A DNA stretch of 64,000 bases from Prevotella sp. (GTDB lineage: Bacteria > Bacteroidota > Bacteroidia > Bacteroidales > Bacteroidaceae), in contig JAIKZG010000015.1 of NCBI GenBank assembly GCA_024682415.1, positions 3,519 through 67,518 of the forward strand, read 5' to 3'. Both the position numbers and the translations under genes were made by a program. Shown piece after piece: positions 11,415 to 21,632 of the stretch. Position 1 is the first letter of the stretch. Each line of letters starts with the position of its first letter. Below the pieces are notes generated by a model. It had not been told where the DNA came from. It searched no databases and worked only from the letters and a program-made list of their open reading frames with translations.

Positions 11415-12980
11415 ATGAGCAAACAAGTAGAAAAAATCAAAGAGCTCATTCAGAAACGTGAGCAGGCAAAACTCGGTGGTGGCGAGAAAGCCATCGACAA
11501 GCAGCACGCACGCGGAAAATACACCGCTCGTGAGCGCATCGAGATGCTGGTAGACAAAGATTCATTCGAAGAGTATGATATGTTTAAATTGCACCGTTGC
11601 CACAACTTCGGCATGGACAAGAAGCAATATCTTGGCGATGGCGTGGTAGCAGGTAGCGCAACTATCGATGGTCGATTGGTATATGTCTACGCACAAGACT
11701 TTACCGTTAATGGTGGCTCTCTTTCTGAAACAATGTCTCAGAAGATTTGCAAGGTCATGGATATGGCAATGCAAAACGGTGCACCTGTCATCTGCATGAA
11801 CGATTCAGGTGGTGCTCGTATTCAGGAAGGTATTTGCGCCCTCGCCGGATATGGTGAGATTTTCGAGCGCAATATTCTCGCAAGTGGTGTAGTGCCACAG
11901 ATTAGTGGTATCTTCGGTCCTTGCGCCGGTGGTGCTGTATATTCTCCTGCTTTGACCGACTTCATCATCATGACAGAGGGCACAAGCTATATGTTCCTTA
12001 CTGGTCCTAAGGTGGTAAAGACAGTGACAGGTGAGGACATCGACGCTGAACACCTCGGTGGCGCAAGCGTTCACTCTACAAAGAGCGGTGTAACTCATTT
12101 CGCTGCCAAGACAGAGGAAGAGGCTATGACAATGATTCAGACCCTCTTGAGCTATATCCCTTCTAATAATATGGAGGAAGCTCCACGCGTAGAATGCACA
12201 GACCCTATCGACCGCAAGGAAGACATTCTTAATGAGATTATCCCTGATGATCCTAACAAGGCTTACGATATGTATAAGGTGATTTCTGCCGTTACCGATA
12301 ATGGCGAATTCTTCGAGGTACAGCCTAAGTTTGCTAAGAACATCATCACTGGTTTCGCTCGCTTCAACGGACAGAGCGTAGGTATCGTTGCCAATCAGCC
12401 AATGGCTTACGCTGGTGTGCTCGACTGCAATGCTTCTCGTAAGGGCGCGCGTTTCGTTCGTTTCTGCGATGCATTCAATATTCCTATCGTTTCTCTTGTT
12501 GATGTGCCTGGATTCTTGCCTGGTACAGGTCAGGAGTATAACGCCGTAATCCTCCATGGCGCTCAGCTTCTCTACGCTTACGGTGAGGCTACAGTGCCAA
12601 AGATTACTATCACTCTCCGCAAGAGCTATGGTGGTAGCCATATCGTTATGGGCTGCAAGCAGCTTCGTGCCGACCTCAACTTCGCTTGGCCTTCAAGCGA
12701 GATTGCCGTTATGGGTGCTTCTGGTGCAGTTGCCATACTTTCTGCTAAGGAAGCAAAGGCTAAGAAGGAAGCAGGAGAAGACGTTAAGGCATTCCTCGCT
12801 GAGAAAGAGCAGGAATACACCGACCTCTTCGCAAATCCTTATCAGGCAGCGCAGTATGGCTACATCGACGATGTCATCGAGCCTCGCAACACACGTTTCC
12901 GCATCTGCCGCGGCTTAGCTCAGCTTGCTAAGAAGCGTCAGACATTGCCTGCTAAGAAGCATGGTTGCATGCCAATGTAA
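11415..12980 (+). CDS. mmdA: Acyl-CoA carboxylase carboxyltransferase subunit (MmdA/PccB type)
   Basis: Motifs GKYTARERI, AQDFTVNGGSL, DSGGARIQEG, GPCAGGAVYSP, VDVPGFLPG; C-terminus KKHGCMPM. Confidence 0.92.
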   Translation: MSKQVEKIKELIQKREQAKLGGGEKAIDKQHARGKYTARERIEMLVDKDSFEEYDMFKLHRCHNFGMDKKQYLGDGVVAGSATIDGRLVYVYAQDFTVNGGSLSETMSQKICKVMDMAMQNGAPVICMNDSGGARIQEGICALAGYGEIFERNILASGVVPQISGIFGPCAGGAVYSPALTDFIIMTEGTSYMFLTGPKVVKTVTGEDIDAEHLGGASVHSTKSGVTHFAAKTEEEAMTMIQTLLSYIPSNNMEEAPRVECTDPIDRKEDILNEIIPDDPNKAYDMYKVISAVTDNGEFFEVQPKFAKNIITGFARFNGQSVGIVANQPMAYAGVLDCNASRKGARFVRFCDAFNIPIVSLVDVPGFLPGTGQEYNAVILHGAQLLYAYGEATVPKITITLRKSYGGSHIVMGCKQLRADLNFAWPSSEIAVMGASGAVAILSAKEAKAKKEAGEDVKAFLAEKEQEYTDLFANPYQAAQYGYIDDVIEPRNTRFRICRGLAQLAKKRQTLPAKKHGCMPM

Positions 12981-13040
12981 TTTCTCGCCTATTTGTAAGG
13001 TGCGATATTCATATTTTCACTAAAAATAGGAAGTAGAATC

Positions 13041-13211
13041 ATGGCAAAGGAAGTAAAAGACAAAAACGTGTACGCAGCCATAGCAATGGCTATATACGAA
13101 TATCAGGGCAATAATGTGCACGACAAAGAGCCGGGTGTTATCACCATCAAGCAGAATCCAAGTCTTTGGAATGCTAAATTCTTGTCGTTCACACAGAAAC
13201 CGAAATTTTAA
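13041..13211 (+). CDS. 56-aa protein similar to the C-terminal part of the OadG/MmdD (delta) subunit; not in ORF track
   Basis: MAKEVKDKNVYAAIAMAIYEYQGNNVHDKEPGVITIKQNPSLWNAKFLSFTQKPKF; AAIAMA...HD.E...W..K pattern; between the carboxyltransferase and biotin carrier genes. Confidence 0.75.
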   Translation: MAKEVKDKNVYAAIAMAIYEYQGNNVHDKEPGVITIKQNPSLWNAKFLSFTQKPKF

Positions 13212-13228
13212 AGTAATAAAGAAAGACG

Positions 13229-13657
13229 ATGAAAGAATTCAAATATACTATCGACGGTAAGGAATATAAGGTAGAGATTGGCGACATCGTAGAGAATGTG
13301 GCCGACGTTACCGTCAATGGCGAGGCTTTCAAGGTGGAGATGGAACCAGAGGCTGAACCAGAGAAGAAGAAGGTGGTGCTTGGCGATCCTAAGGCTGCGG
13401 CCAATGAGGATGAGCAGGTTACAAGCGCTGCTAACGTAAATGCCGCAAATGCTGTTAAGGCTCCATTGCCAGGCGTTATCACTGAGGTGAAGGTGAATGT
13501 AGGCGACGAGGTGCAGGCTGGTGACACTGTCGTTGTGCTTGAGGCTATGAAAATGGCTAACAACATCGAGGCAGAGAAGAGCGGAAAGGTTACCGCTATC
13601 TGCGTGAAGACAGGTGAAAGCGTGATGGAGGATACTCCTCTCGTTGTCATTGAGTAA
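13229..13657 (+). CDS. mmdC: Biotin carboxyl carrier protein
   Basis: APLPG and biotinylation motif EAMKM. Confidence 0.92.
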   Translation: MKEFKYTIDGKEYKVEIGDIVENVADVTVNGEAFKVEMEPEAEPEKKKVVLGDPKAAANEDEQVTSAANVNAANAVKAPLPGVITEVKVNVGDEVQAGDTVVVLEAMKMANNIEAEKSGKVTAICVKTGESVMEDTPLVVIE

Positions 13658-13683
13658 TATAGGCGTAATATTACAATTATTAT

Positions 13684-13724
13684 AAAAAATCGGCGTAGCT
13701 CCATTGAGAGTTGCGCCGTTTTTT
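13684..13724 (+). terminator. Intrinsic terminator
   Basis: CGGCGTAGCTC-cattga-GAGTTGCGCCG followed by TTTTTT. Confidence 0.75.
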
Positions 13725-13863
13725 CATATCTATAAATGAAAAACATTAAGGCTGATAAGGTTATATTAAAATATTTTAATTTACAATTAGAGCACTATAA
13801 TTGAAAAAGAAACAGAAAGAATAATGAAAAATATACTTTTGCATCGGATAAATAAAAATACCG

Positions 13864-15159
13864 ATGAATAAGATTTTTTCCATACTACTATTTTTTGCGA
13901 TTCTGCCTGTGCAGGAAAGTGTACAGGCAGAAACCGCGAATAACTGTAATGAGCAGATAAAGAAGCTCAGTCTGACTGTGAAACAGGCGGACGCAATGTT
14001 TATAGCAGGCAATCTCAGCCTTATTGCAAAACATTATGACATAGACGAGGCTAAGGCACAGATGGTGCAGGCTCGCTTGTTTGACAATCCTACAATAGAA
14101 CTGAGTGAGAATATATATAATAGATTAAATAGACGCTACTTTGACTTCGGCAGGCAGAGTGAGCAAGAGGTATCCGTAGAGCAGGCTATAAGTATTGCAG
14201 GAAAAAGAAAGAACGGCTTAAAGGTGGCGCTGGCTGAAAAGAAAATTGCCGAGTGTGAATTTGAAGAGATGGTGCGGACATTGAAGAACGAAATGCATAA
14301 CGTTTTTATTGATACCTATTATCTGCAAAAGAAAGTAAGGTTATACGATGAGCAAATAAGGTCTGTGAGTAAATTGCTGTTGTCAATGAAGGAACAGGAG
14401 AATAAGGGTAATATTCCGAGAATGGAATATATGCGCATGAAATCTCTCTGTATTTCTCTAAAGAAGGAAAAAAATGAGATATTGATCTCTCTGCATGATA
14501 ATGAAGCGCAACTCAGAAATTTTCTCGGTATCGGAAAAGATATTGAGATGAAAACGATTGTTCAGGATAACGACTTAATTAGAATGGGTGTGCAGAGGGT
14601 GGCAATAACACACAATATAATAACAGCTCCAAATCGCAGTGATATTCGTTTGGCTGAAGCCTGTATGAAAAGGACCGAGGCTGATCTGAAACTGCAACAC
14701 TCACTTGCTGCCCCAGATTTATCTTTGAAAGTTTCCTATGACCGACAGGGTAATTTCATACCTAATTATTTCGCTGTCGGCATAGGTCTTTCAATTCCTG
14801 TTTTCAATCGTAATCAAGGTAATATTAAGGCTGCTAAGGCTGCTGTCGTGCGAGAAAAAACAGAGCTTGATGCTGTTATAAATAAAAGAGATATTGAGGT
14901 GGAAAGCGCGCTTGCGGTTTTTGACGAATCAATGAAACTTTATGATGAGTCAAGAAATGCTGACTTTGCCGAGATGAAAACGCTAATTGACGGCGTGACA
15001 GAGAATTTTAAGAAGCGAAACATATCAATGACGGAATTTATAGACTATTATCAGAGTTATCGTGAGACTCTGATGCTGAATTACGATGTTTGTCATGATG
15101 TAATCAGTGCTGCTGAAAATGTGAACAATAAGTTGGGTTATGAAGCAATCAGCTTTTAA
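13864..15159 (+). CDS. TolC/CzcC family outer-membrane efflux protein
   Basis: 431 aa; IPVFNRNQGNI motif; first gene of an RND triplet. Confidence 0.88.
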   Translation: MNKIFSILLFFAILPVQESVQAETANNCNEQIKKLSLTVKQADAMFIAGNLSLIAKHYDIDEAKAQMVQARLFDNPTIELSENIYNRLNRRYFDFGRQSEQEVSVEQAISIAGKRKNGLKVALAEKKIAECEFEEMVRTLKNEMHNVFIDTYYLQKKVRLYDEQIRSVSKLLLSMKEQENKGNIPRMEYMRMKSLCISLKKEKNEILISLHDNEAQLRNFLGIGKDIEMKTIVQDNDLIRMGVQRVAITHNIITAPNRSDIRLAEACMKRTEADLKLQHSLAAPDLSLKVSYDRQGNFIPNYFAVGIGLSIPVFNRNQGNIKAAKAAVVREKTELDAVINKRDIEVESALAVFDESMKLYDESRNADFAEMKTLIDGVTENFKKRNISMTEFIDYYQSYRETLMLNYDVCHDVISAAENVNNKLGYEAISF

Positions 15160-15180
15160 TCTTTTAAAAATAAAAATAAG

Positions 15181-16278
15181 ATGAAACTTTATAATATTAT
15201 CCTATCTGCTATATGTGTATTGATAACATGCGCATGTGGTAATAGAAAAGGTGACGATGGTATAGAGATACCGAAAAATGTATATCTTAATGATAGCTTG
15301 AAGAATATAACTACCATTGATTATGTGGAAGAAGAAAATGTGAGTGATGATTTATTGCTTAATGGCTCTGTTACTTTTGATGAGAGCAAGGTATCAAGGG
15401 TTTTTGCGGCTTTTGATGGCGTAATTACTTCCTTGAAAGTGGAAACAGGTTCTTATGTGAAGAAGGGACAAATACTTGCTGTCGTGAAAAGTAGTGATGT
15501 GGCTAATTATGGTAAGGAATCAGTGTCTGCGCGTCAGGCCGTGATTGTGGCTAAAAGAAATCTGCAGTCAGTAGAAGATATGTATAAATCTGGGATGGCT
15601 TCAGAAAAAGATGTGCTTGAGGCTCGCCGTGAACTTAATGAAGCTAAGGCTGATGTAAAAAAGATGGGTGATATATTTTCAATGTATCATCTCAATGGTC
15701 AGTCATATTATCAGATAAAATCACCTGTTTCAGGTTTCGTAGTGGAGAAACATGCTAATGAGTCAATGCAAGTGAAAGATGAATCAGAAGAACCTCTATT
15801 TGTAATTTCCGGCTTGTCAGACGTGTGGGTGCTGGCAGATGTCTATGAAGGAGATATCAGTAAAGTGGCAAAGGGAGTTAAGGCAAGAGTCAAAGTTACA
15901 GCTTATCCAGATCGCGTTTTTGAAGGCGTGGTGGATAATATTTATCCTGTGCTTGATGAAGAAAGCAAAACAATGAAAGCGCGTATAAAATTAAACAACA
16001 ATGATATGTCTTTAAAGCCGGGTATGTTTGCTTCAGTATATATTAAAGGCAGAAGTAGCGATTTGGTTATGCCTAAGATAAATACAAACGATATCATTTT
16101 TGAAGATGGTAAGAATTATGTCGTTGTTGTAGGGAAGAATGGAAAACTTTTGCTAAGGGAGATTACTATTTATAAGAATGGCGATGATTTCACTTATGTG
16201 AGCAATGGCTTGAAGAAAGGTGAAAGAGTGATAAACCATAATTCGTTACTGGTATATAATGCCCTCAACGATGATTAA
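15181..16278 (+). CDS. RND periplasmic adaptor (CzcB-like lipoprotein)
   Basis: Lipobox ITCAC; IKSPVSGFVVE, VWVLADVYEGD, LKPGMFASV. Confidence 0.9.
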   Translation: MKLYNIILSAICVLITCACGNRKGDDGIEIPKNVYLNDSLKNITTIDYVEEENVSDDLLLNGSVTFDESKVSRVFAAFDGVITSLKVETGSYVKKGQILAVVKSSDVANYGKESVSARQAVIVAKRNLQSVEDMYKSGMASEKDVLEARRELNEAKADVKKMGDIFSMYHLNGQSYYQIKSPVSGFVVEKHANESMQVKDESEEPLFVISGLSDVWVLADVYEGDISKVAKGVKARVKVTAYPDRVFEGVVDNIYPVLDEESKTMKARIKLNNNDMSLKPGMFASVYIKGRSSDLVMPKINTNDIIFEDGKNYVVVVGKNGKLLLREITIYKNGDDFTYVSNGLKKGERVINHNSLLVYNALNDD

Positions 16279-16304
16279 AATCAATATCTCAAAAAGCAGA
16301 AATT

Positions 16305-19300
16305 ATGCACAATTTTATAGATAATATAGTAGCATTCTCGCTTAAAAATAAATATTTTATATTTTTTTGTACTATTCTCGCTGTTATAGGTGGGATAGTG
16401 GCATTTAAGAATACTCCTGTAGATGCGTTTCCTGACGTTACAAATACTAAGGTTACAATTATTACGCAGTGGCCAGGAAGAAGTGCTGAGGAAGTAGAGA
16501 AATTTGTCACGATTCCTATTGAGATAGCTATGAACCCAGTGCAGCAGAAAACTGATATTAGGTCGACGACACTTTTCGGATTGTCGGTGGTGAATGTGAT
16601 GTTTGATGATGATGTTGATGATTTCACTGCTCGTCAGCAGGTTTATAATCTTATAAACGATGCCGACTTGCCAGATGGAGTTTCGCCTGATGTGCAGCCG
16701 CTTTATGGCCCTACGGGTGAAATATATCGTTATACATTAAAGAGTGATATTCGCTCCGTAAGAGAACTTAAAACATTGCAGGATTGGGTAGTAGAGCGTG
16801 ATTTGCGCTCCGTGTCAGGCGTTGCTGATATTGTGAGTTTCGGCGGTGAAGTTCGAACTTTTGAAGTAAGTGTTAATCCTAATCGATTGAAAAGTTACGG
16901 CATTAGTTCTTTGGAATTGTATAATGCTATTTCGAACAGTAATATCAATGTCGGAGGGGATGTGATTACAAGAAGTTCTCAGGCGTATGTGGTACGTGGC
17001 ATCGGACTGATAAATAATATTGACGAGATAAAGAATATCGTTGTCAAGAATATAAATGGTACGCCTGTCCTAGTGCGCAATCTTGCCGATGTGCATGAGT
17101 CATGTCTGCCAAAACTTGGTCAGGTAGGCAGAATGGACAATGATAATGTTGTGGAGGGTATTGTCGTGATGCGGAAAGGCGGTAATCCAGAGGAGGTTAT
17201 CAGTGCATTAAAAACAAAGATAGCTGAAATCAATAAAGATAAACTTCCTAAGGATGTGAAGATTGAGCCTTTTTATGATCGTGAAGATTTGGTGAATATT
17301 GCTGTTAATACAGTTCTTCATAACCTTATAGAAGGTATTCTTCTTGTGACATTTATCGTGCTTCTTTTCATGGGCGACTGGCGTAGTACTATCGCTGTTG
17401 CTGTTGTTATACCTCTGGCTTTGCTTTTTGCGTTTATTTGTCTTAGAATGAAAGGCATGGCTGCTAATTTGCTGTCAATGGGAGCAATAGATTTTGGTAT
17501 CATTATCGATGGCGCGGTGGTGATGGTGGAAGGCGTATTTGTCGCGCTGGATCGAAAGGCTAAGAAAATGGGAATGGCGGCATTTAATAAAATGTCGAAG
17601 AAAGGTATTGTGCGCCATACTGCCAAGGATAAAGCTAAAGCTGTGTTCTTTTCTAAACTGATTATCATTACGGCTCTTATTCCTATCTTTTCTTTTCAGA
17701 AAGTGGAGGGCAAAATGTTTTCTCCTTTGGCTTTCACATTAGGCTTCGCCTTGCTGGGCGCTTTGATTTTTACGCTTACTCTTGTGCCTGTCCTTTCGTC
17801 ACTATTGTTGCGAAAAAATGTGAGAGAGAAACGCAATCCTATTGTAAAGCGTCTTAACTCCATTTCTGATAAAATATTCAATGCTTGTCATAAGCATATG
17901 AAGCAGACTTTTATATATTCCCTTGCCATGGTGATGGCAGGTATAGCGTTGTTCTCTCGTCTTGGTACGGAGTTTCTTCCTCAACTCGACGAAGGGTCTA
18001 TATATGTGCGTGCCACTTTACCACAGAGCATATCTCTTGATGAATCAGTAGGCCTTGCCAATAAAATGCGCCGTGAGCTGATGTCTTATCCAGAAGTGAA
18101 GCAGGTGCTTTCACAGACTGGTCGCCCTAATGACGGAACCGACGCAACAGGATTCTACAATATAGAATTTCATGTGGATATATATCCGGAAAAGACATGG
18201 AAAAGTAAAATGACGAAGGCGCAACTCATTGAGAAGATGCAGAACGACCTTGCCAAATATCCTGGCGTGGATTTCAATTTCTCGCAGCCTATCACTGATA
18301 ATGTGGAGGAAGCTGCGTCGGGCGTGAAAGGTTCTATTGCAGTAAAGGTTTATGGCAACGACTTGTATAAATCGGAAAAAATAGCTACGCAGATAAATAA
18401 GGTTCTCGGCACGGTTGATGGTATTGAAGATTTAGGCGTTATAAAGAACATCGGCCAGCCAGAGCTTCGCATAGAGTTAAGTGAGCAGGCTCTGGCACGT
18501 TACGGAGTAGACAAGCAGGATGTGCAGTCTATCATTGAAATGTCGATAGGAGGAAAATCGGCCTCACAACTATATGAAGGCGAACGTAAGTTTGACATAA
18601 TGGTGAGATATGATAAAAACTTCCGTAAGAACGCAGATGAGATAGGAAAGATTCTTGTCCCCACTACAAGTGGAGCAATGGTGCCTATCAGCGAACTTGC
18701 GGAAATAAAGACAATAACAGGTCCGCTTATTATATATCGTGACAATCACACGAGGTTCTGCGCTGTGAAGTTCTCGGTGCGCGGACGTGATATGGGTACT
18801 GCCGTTGCAGAGGCACAGAAGAAAGTGAAGCAACAGGTGAATATTCCTAACGGATATTCATTGAAGTGGACGGGTGATTTTGAGAATCAGCAACGAGCCT
18901 CTCATCGTCTGGCACAGGTAGTGCCGATAAGCATTATTGCCATTTTCGTTATCTTGTTTATATTATTCGGCAATGTACGTGATGCTGGACTTGTGCTTCT
19001 CAATGTGCCTTTCGCTGCCGTGGGTGGCATATTGCTGTTACTCCTCACTGGTTTTAATTTCTCTATCTCGGCAGGTATCGGCTTTATCGCACTGTTTGGC
19101 ATCTGTATTCAGAACGGTGTGCTTATGATTATGGAGATAAAAGGCAATCTTCATAAGAAGCTGCCTTTGCGCCAGGCAGTTCATGACGGAATGTTGTCGA
19201 GGGTGCGCCCTGTTGTAATGACAGCAATTATGGCAATCTTCGGATTGCTTCCAGCAGCGTTGAGCCATGCTATCGGCTCAGAGTCGCAGCGGCCGTTGGC

Positions 19301-19409
19301 TATCGTGATAATAGGCGGACTTGTTACAGCCACGTTCTTTGCTCTGTTTATATTCCCTCTCATTCTTGAGAAGGTGTATGGCAGGCAAGAGCATGACGAC
19401 ATAAAATAG
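16305..19409 (+). CDS. czcA: CusA/CzcA family heavy-metal efflux RND transporter
   Basis: 1034 aa; DAFPDVT, GAIDFGIIIDGAVVMVE, RVRPVVMTA, GSESQRPLAIVIIGGL. Confidence 0.92.
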   Translation: MHNFIDNIVAFSLKNKYFIFFCTILAVIGGIVAFKNTPVDAFPDVTNTKVTIITQWPGRSAEEVEKFVTIPIEIAMNPVQQKTDIRSTTLFGLSVVNVMFDDDVDDFTARQQVYNLINDADLPDGVSPDVQPLYGPTGEIYRYTLKSDIRSVRELKTLQDWVVERDLRSVSGVADIVSFGGEVRTFEVSVNPNRLKSYGISSLELYNAISNSNINVGGDVITRSSQAYVVRGIGLINNIDEIKNIVVKNINGTPVLVRNLADVHESCLPKLGQVGRMDNDNVVEGIVVMRKGGNPEEVISALKTKIAEINKDKLPKDVKIEPFYDREDLVNIAVNTVLHNLIEGILLVTFIVLLFMGDWRSTIAVAVVIPLALLFAFICLRMKGMAANLLSMGAIDFGIIIDGAVVMVEGVFVALDRKAKKMGMAAFNKMSKKGIVRHTAKDKAKAVFFSKLIIITALIPIFSFQKVEGKMFSPLAFTLGFALLGALIFTLTLVPVLSSLLLRKNVREKRNPIVKRLNSISDKIFNACHKHMKQTFIYSLAMVMAGIALFSRLGTEFLPQLDEGSIYVRATLPQSISLDESVGLANKMRRELMSYPEVKQVLSQTGRPNDGTDATGFYNIEFHVDIYPEKTWKSKMTKAQLIEKMQNDLAKYPGVDFNFSQPITDNVEEAASGVKGSIAVKVYGNDLYKSEKIATQINKVLGTVDGIEDLGVIKNIGQPELRIELSEQALARYGVDKQDVQSIIEMSIGGKSASQLYEGERKFDIMVRYDKNFRKNADEIGKILVPTTSGAMVPISELAEIKTITGPLIIYRDNHTRFCAVKFSVRGRDMGTAVAEAQKKVKQQVNIPNGYSLKWTGDFENQQRASHRLAQVVPISIIAIFVILFILFGNVRDAGLVLLNVPFAAVGGILLLLLTGFNFSISAGIGFIALFGICIQNGVLMIMEIKGNLHKKLPLRQAVHDGMLSRVRPVVMTAIMAIFGLLPAALSHAIGSESQRPLAIVIIGGLVTATFFALFIFPLILEKVYGRQEHDDIK

Positions 19410-19487
19410 ATGCCTCGGGCAAAAGAAAATTTGCTCTTTGGAGAAATAAATGTAAATTTGTAATTGGAATTTATAAAGCATTAGTTT

Positions 19488-20165
19488 ATGGCGAAGATAT
19501 TATTGGTGGAAGATGAGAAGAACATTGCATCGTTTATTGAGCGTGGACTCACAGAACTGGAGCATGAAGTTGATATAGCAGGCGATGGCGTTGAGGCCCT
19601 CGAAATACTGAGGGATAATTCATTTGATATGCTTATCGTTGATGTTATCATGCCGCGTATGAACGGTTTGCAGCTATGCAGGCAGTATCGTGCTGTCTGT
19701 GGTTATGCTGTTCCCGTGCTTATGCTCACCGCACTTAGCACTACTGATGATATTGTAGCCGGTCTTGATGCAGGAGCAGATGATTATCTTGTAAAACCGT
19801 TTAGTTTTCAGGAACTTGAAGCGCGCATCAACGCTTTGCTCCGCAGAAAGAATATAGCTGTTGAGCAGAATCTCTCAATAGCCGATCTCACTCTCAACTG
19901 TGCCACTCGTCGCGCGCACCGCGGCAATGTGGATATTGACCTTACGGATAAGGAATTTCGCCTGCTTGAATGTTTCCTGCGCAACAAAGGGACGGTGCTC
20001 AGTCGCATGGAATTGCTGAAGGATGTGTGGGATAAGGATTTCGATACCAACACTAATGTGGTTGATGTTTATGTGAACTATCTTCGCAATAAGGTGGACA
20101 AGAATTTCGAACGCAGACTTATCCATACTGTTATCGGTATGGGATATATGATGGACGATAAATGA
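19488..20165 (+). CDS. OmpR-family response regulator
   Basis: ILLVEDE, DVIMPRMNG, GADDYLVKPF, TNVVDVYVNYLR. Confidence 0.93.
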   Translation: MAKILLVEDEKNIASFIERGLTELEHEVDIAGDGVEALEILRDNSFDMLIVDVIMPRMNGLQLCRQYRAVCGYAVPVLMLTALSTTDDIVAGLDAGADDYLVKPFSFQELEARINALLRRKNIAVEQNLSIADLTLNCATRRAHRGNVDIDLTDKEFRLLECFLRNKGTVLSRMELLKDVWDKDFDTNTNVVDVYVNYLRNKVDKNFERRLIHTVIGMGYMMDDK

Positions 20166-21490
20166 AGATAAGACATAAGATAACGCTTTTTTATTCTATG
20201 GTTACGGTTGGAATAGCCGTAGCCATAGTGTGCATTATGGTGCTGTTCACAGGTAATTATGTGGAAAGCATATATGATGATTATCTGCGCGACAAGGCTT
20301 TGCTCATAGCGCAGAAGCATTTAGAGAAGGATGAACTTGATGCTAAGGGATATCAGTCTATTCTTGAGAAAAACAACCGATTGCTTCCGCAGGCTAATGA
20401 GTTGGTAATCAATGCTGATGACAAAAACGGACGGATTCTGCTTAATAAGTATCTCTCTGTCGATGAACGTGTGATTCTGACGCGTGACAAGGTGGTGAAC
20501 TTCTCTTTCGAGGATATGGAGGGCGCGGCTATTTATTATCCAGATAATGAGGGCAACTTCTTTGTGTTCGTAATGGCAGATAATGGTTATGGCAGAGATA
20601 TTATGCGTCATATCATTATGTTGTCTGTATTGCTTATCATTGTGAGCTGTATGCTGATATTTGTCTTGAGTCATTTCTATTCGGGATGGATATTGCGACC
20701 GTTGAAGACGATTCTTTCTGAGATTAAGCGTATCAGGGGTAACAAACTTAATGTGCGTCTGCCACGTGCTGAGAATAATGATGAACTTGGCGAGCTTACC
20801 ACTACTCTCAATTCTATGCTCGACAGAGTGGAGGAGGCTTTCGTGGGTGAGAAATCGTTTGTAAGCAATGCTTCGCATGAACTGAATAATCCTATGACGG
20901 CTATTCACGGTGAGTGTGAAATCGCGTTGATGAAGGAACGCACTTCCGAGGAATACCAAAAGTCGCTTAACATTATCCTTGCGGAGAGCGACAGAGTGGT
21001 GAAGTTGATAAAATCTCTGCTGTTTCTTTCACATAACGACGGCAGCCTGCAAGCTACGGATGAACGTGTGAATCTTTCTTCTTTGCTCAATTCTGTTGCT
21101 ATGGAATATAAAAATATAAGTATCCGTAAGTCGCCTGAGTTTGTAGCCACCGAGGTGGCAGGCGGAGAATTCCTGCTCCGCACGGCATTTTCCAATATTG
21201 TGGGTAACGCTCATAAATATTCGGAGGGGAAACCTGTCATCATAGATTGTCGTATTGAAAACGATATGGCAATAGTCAGCGTGAAAGATAGCGGAATAGG
21301 TATTCCAAAGGAAGATATTGCTCATATTTTTCAGCCTTTTTATCGTGCCGACAACACTCGTGGTTTCATTGGACATGGCATAGGATTGAGCCTTGCATAT
21401 AAGATAATAAGAGCCTATGGTGGGAATATTATTGTCGATTCAGTAGTGGGAAAATATACTTGTTTTCAAGTCTATTTGTGCATTGCGTAA
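20162..21490 (+). CDS. HAMP-domain sensor histidine kinase
   Basis: Two TM segments, ASHELNNP H-box, NIVGNAHKY, DSGIGI, GHGIGLSL; 4-bp overlap with the regulator. Confidence 0.93.
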   Translation: MKIRHKITLFYSMVTVGIAVAIVCIMVLFTGNYVESIYDDYLRDKALLIAQKHLEKDELDAKGYQSILEKNNRLLPQANELVINADDKNGRILLNKYLSVDERVILTRDKVVNFSFEDMEGAAIYYPDNEGNFFVFVMADNGYGRDIMRHIIMLSVLLIIVSCMLIFVLSHFYSGWILRPLKTILSEIKRIRGNKLNVRLPRAENNDELGELTTTLNSMLDRVEEAFVGEKSFVSNASHELNNPMTAIHGECEIALMKERTSEEYQKSLNIILAESDRVVKLIKSLLFLSHNDGSLQATDERVNLSSLLNSVAMEYKNISIRKSPEFVATEVAGGEFLLRTAFSNIVGNAHKYSEGKPVIIDCRIENDMAIVSVKDSGIGIPKEDIAHIFQPFYRADNTRGFIGHGIGLSLAYKIIRAYGGNIIVDSVVGKYTCFQVYLCIA

Positions 21491-21632
21491 TCGTGTATAT
21501 AATTGCTAATTATGTTGATTTATTGCCGAAATGGCGCAAATCTATCGTAAAAGTCTTTTCTTTTTAGTAATTTTGTAACCTCTAAGATTAGAACCCAAAT
21601 TTTCAGATAAGAGCAGATAGATTATTAATATA

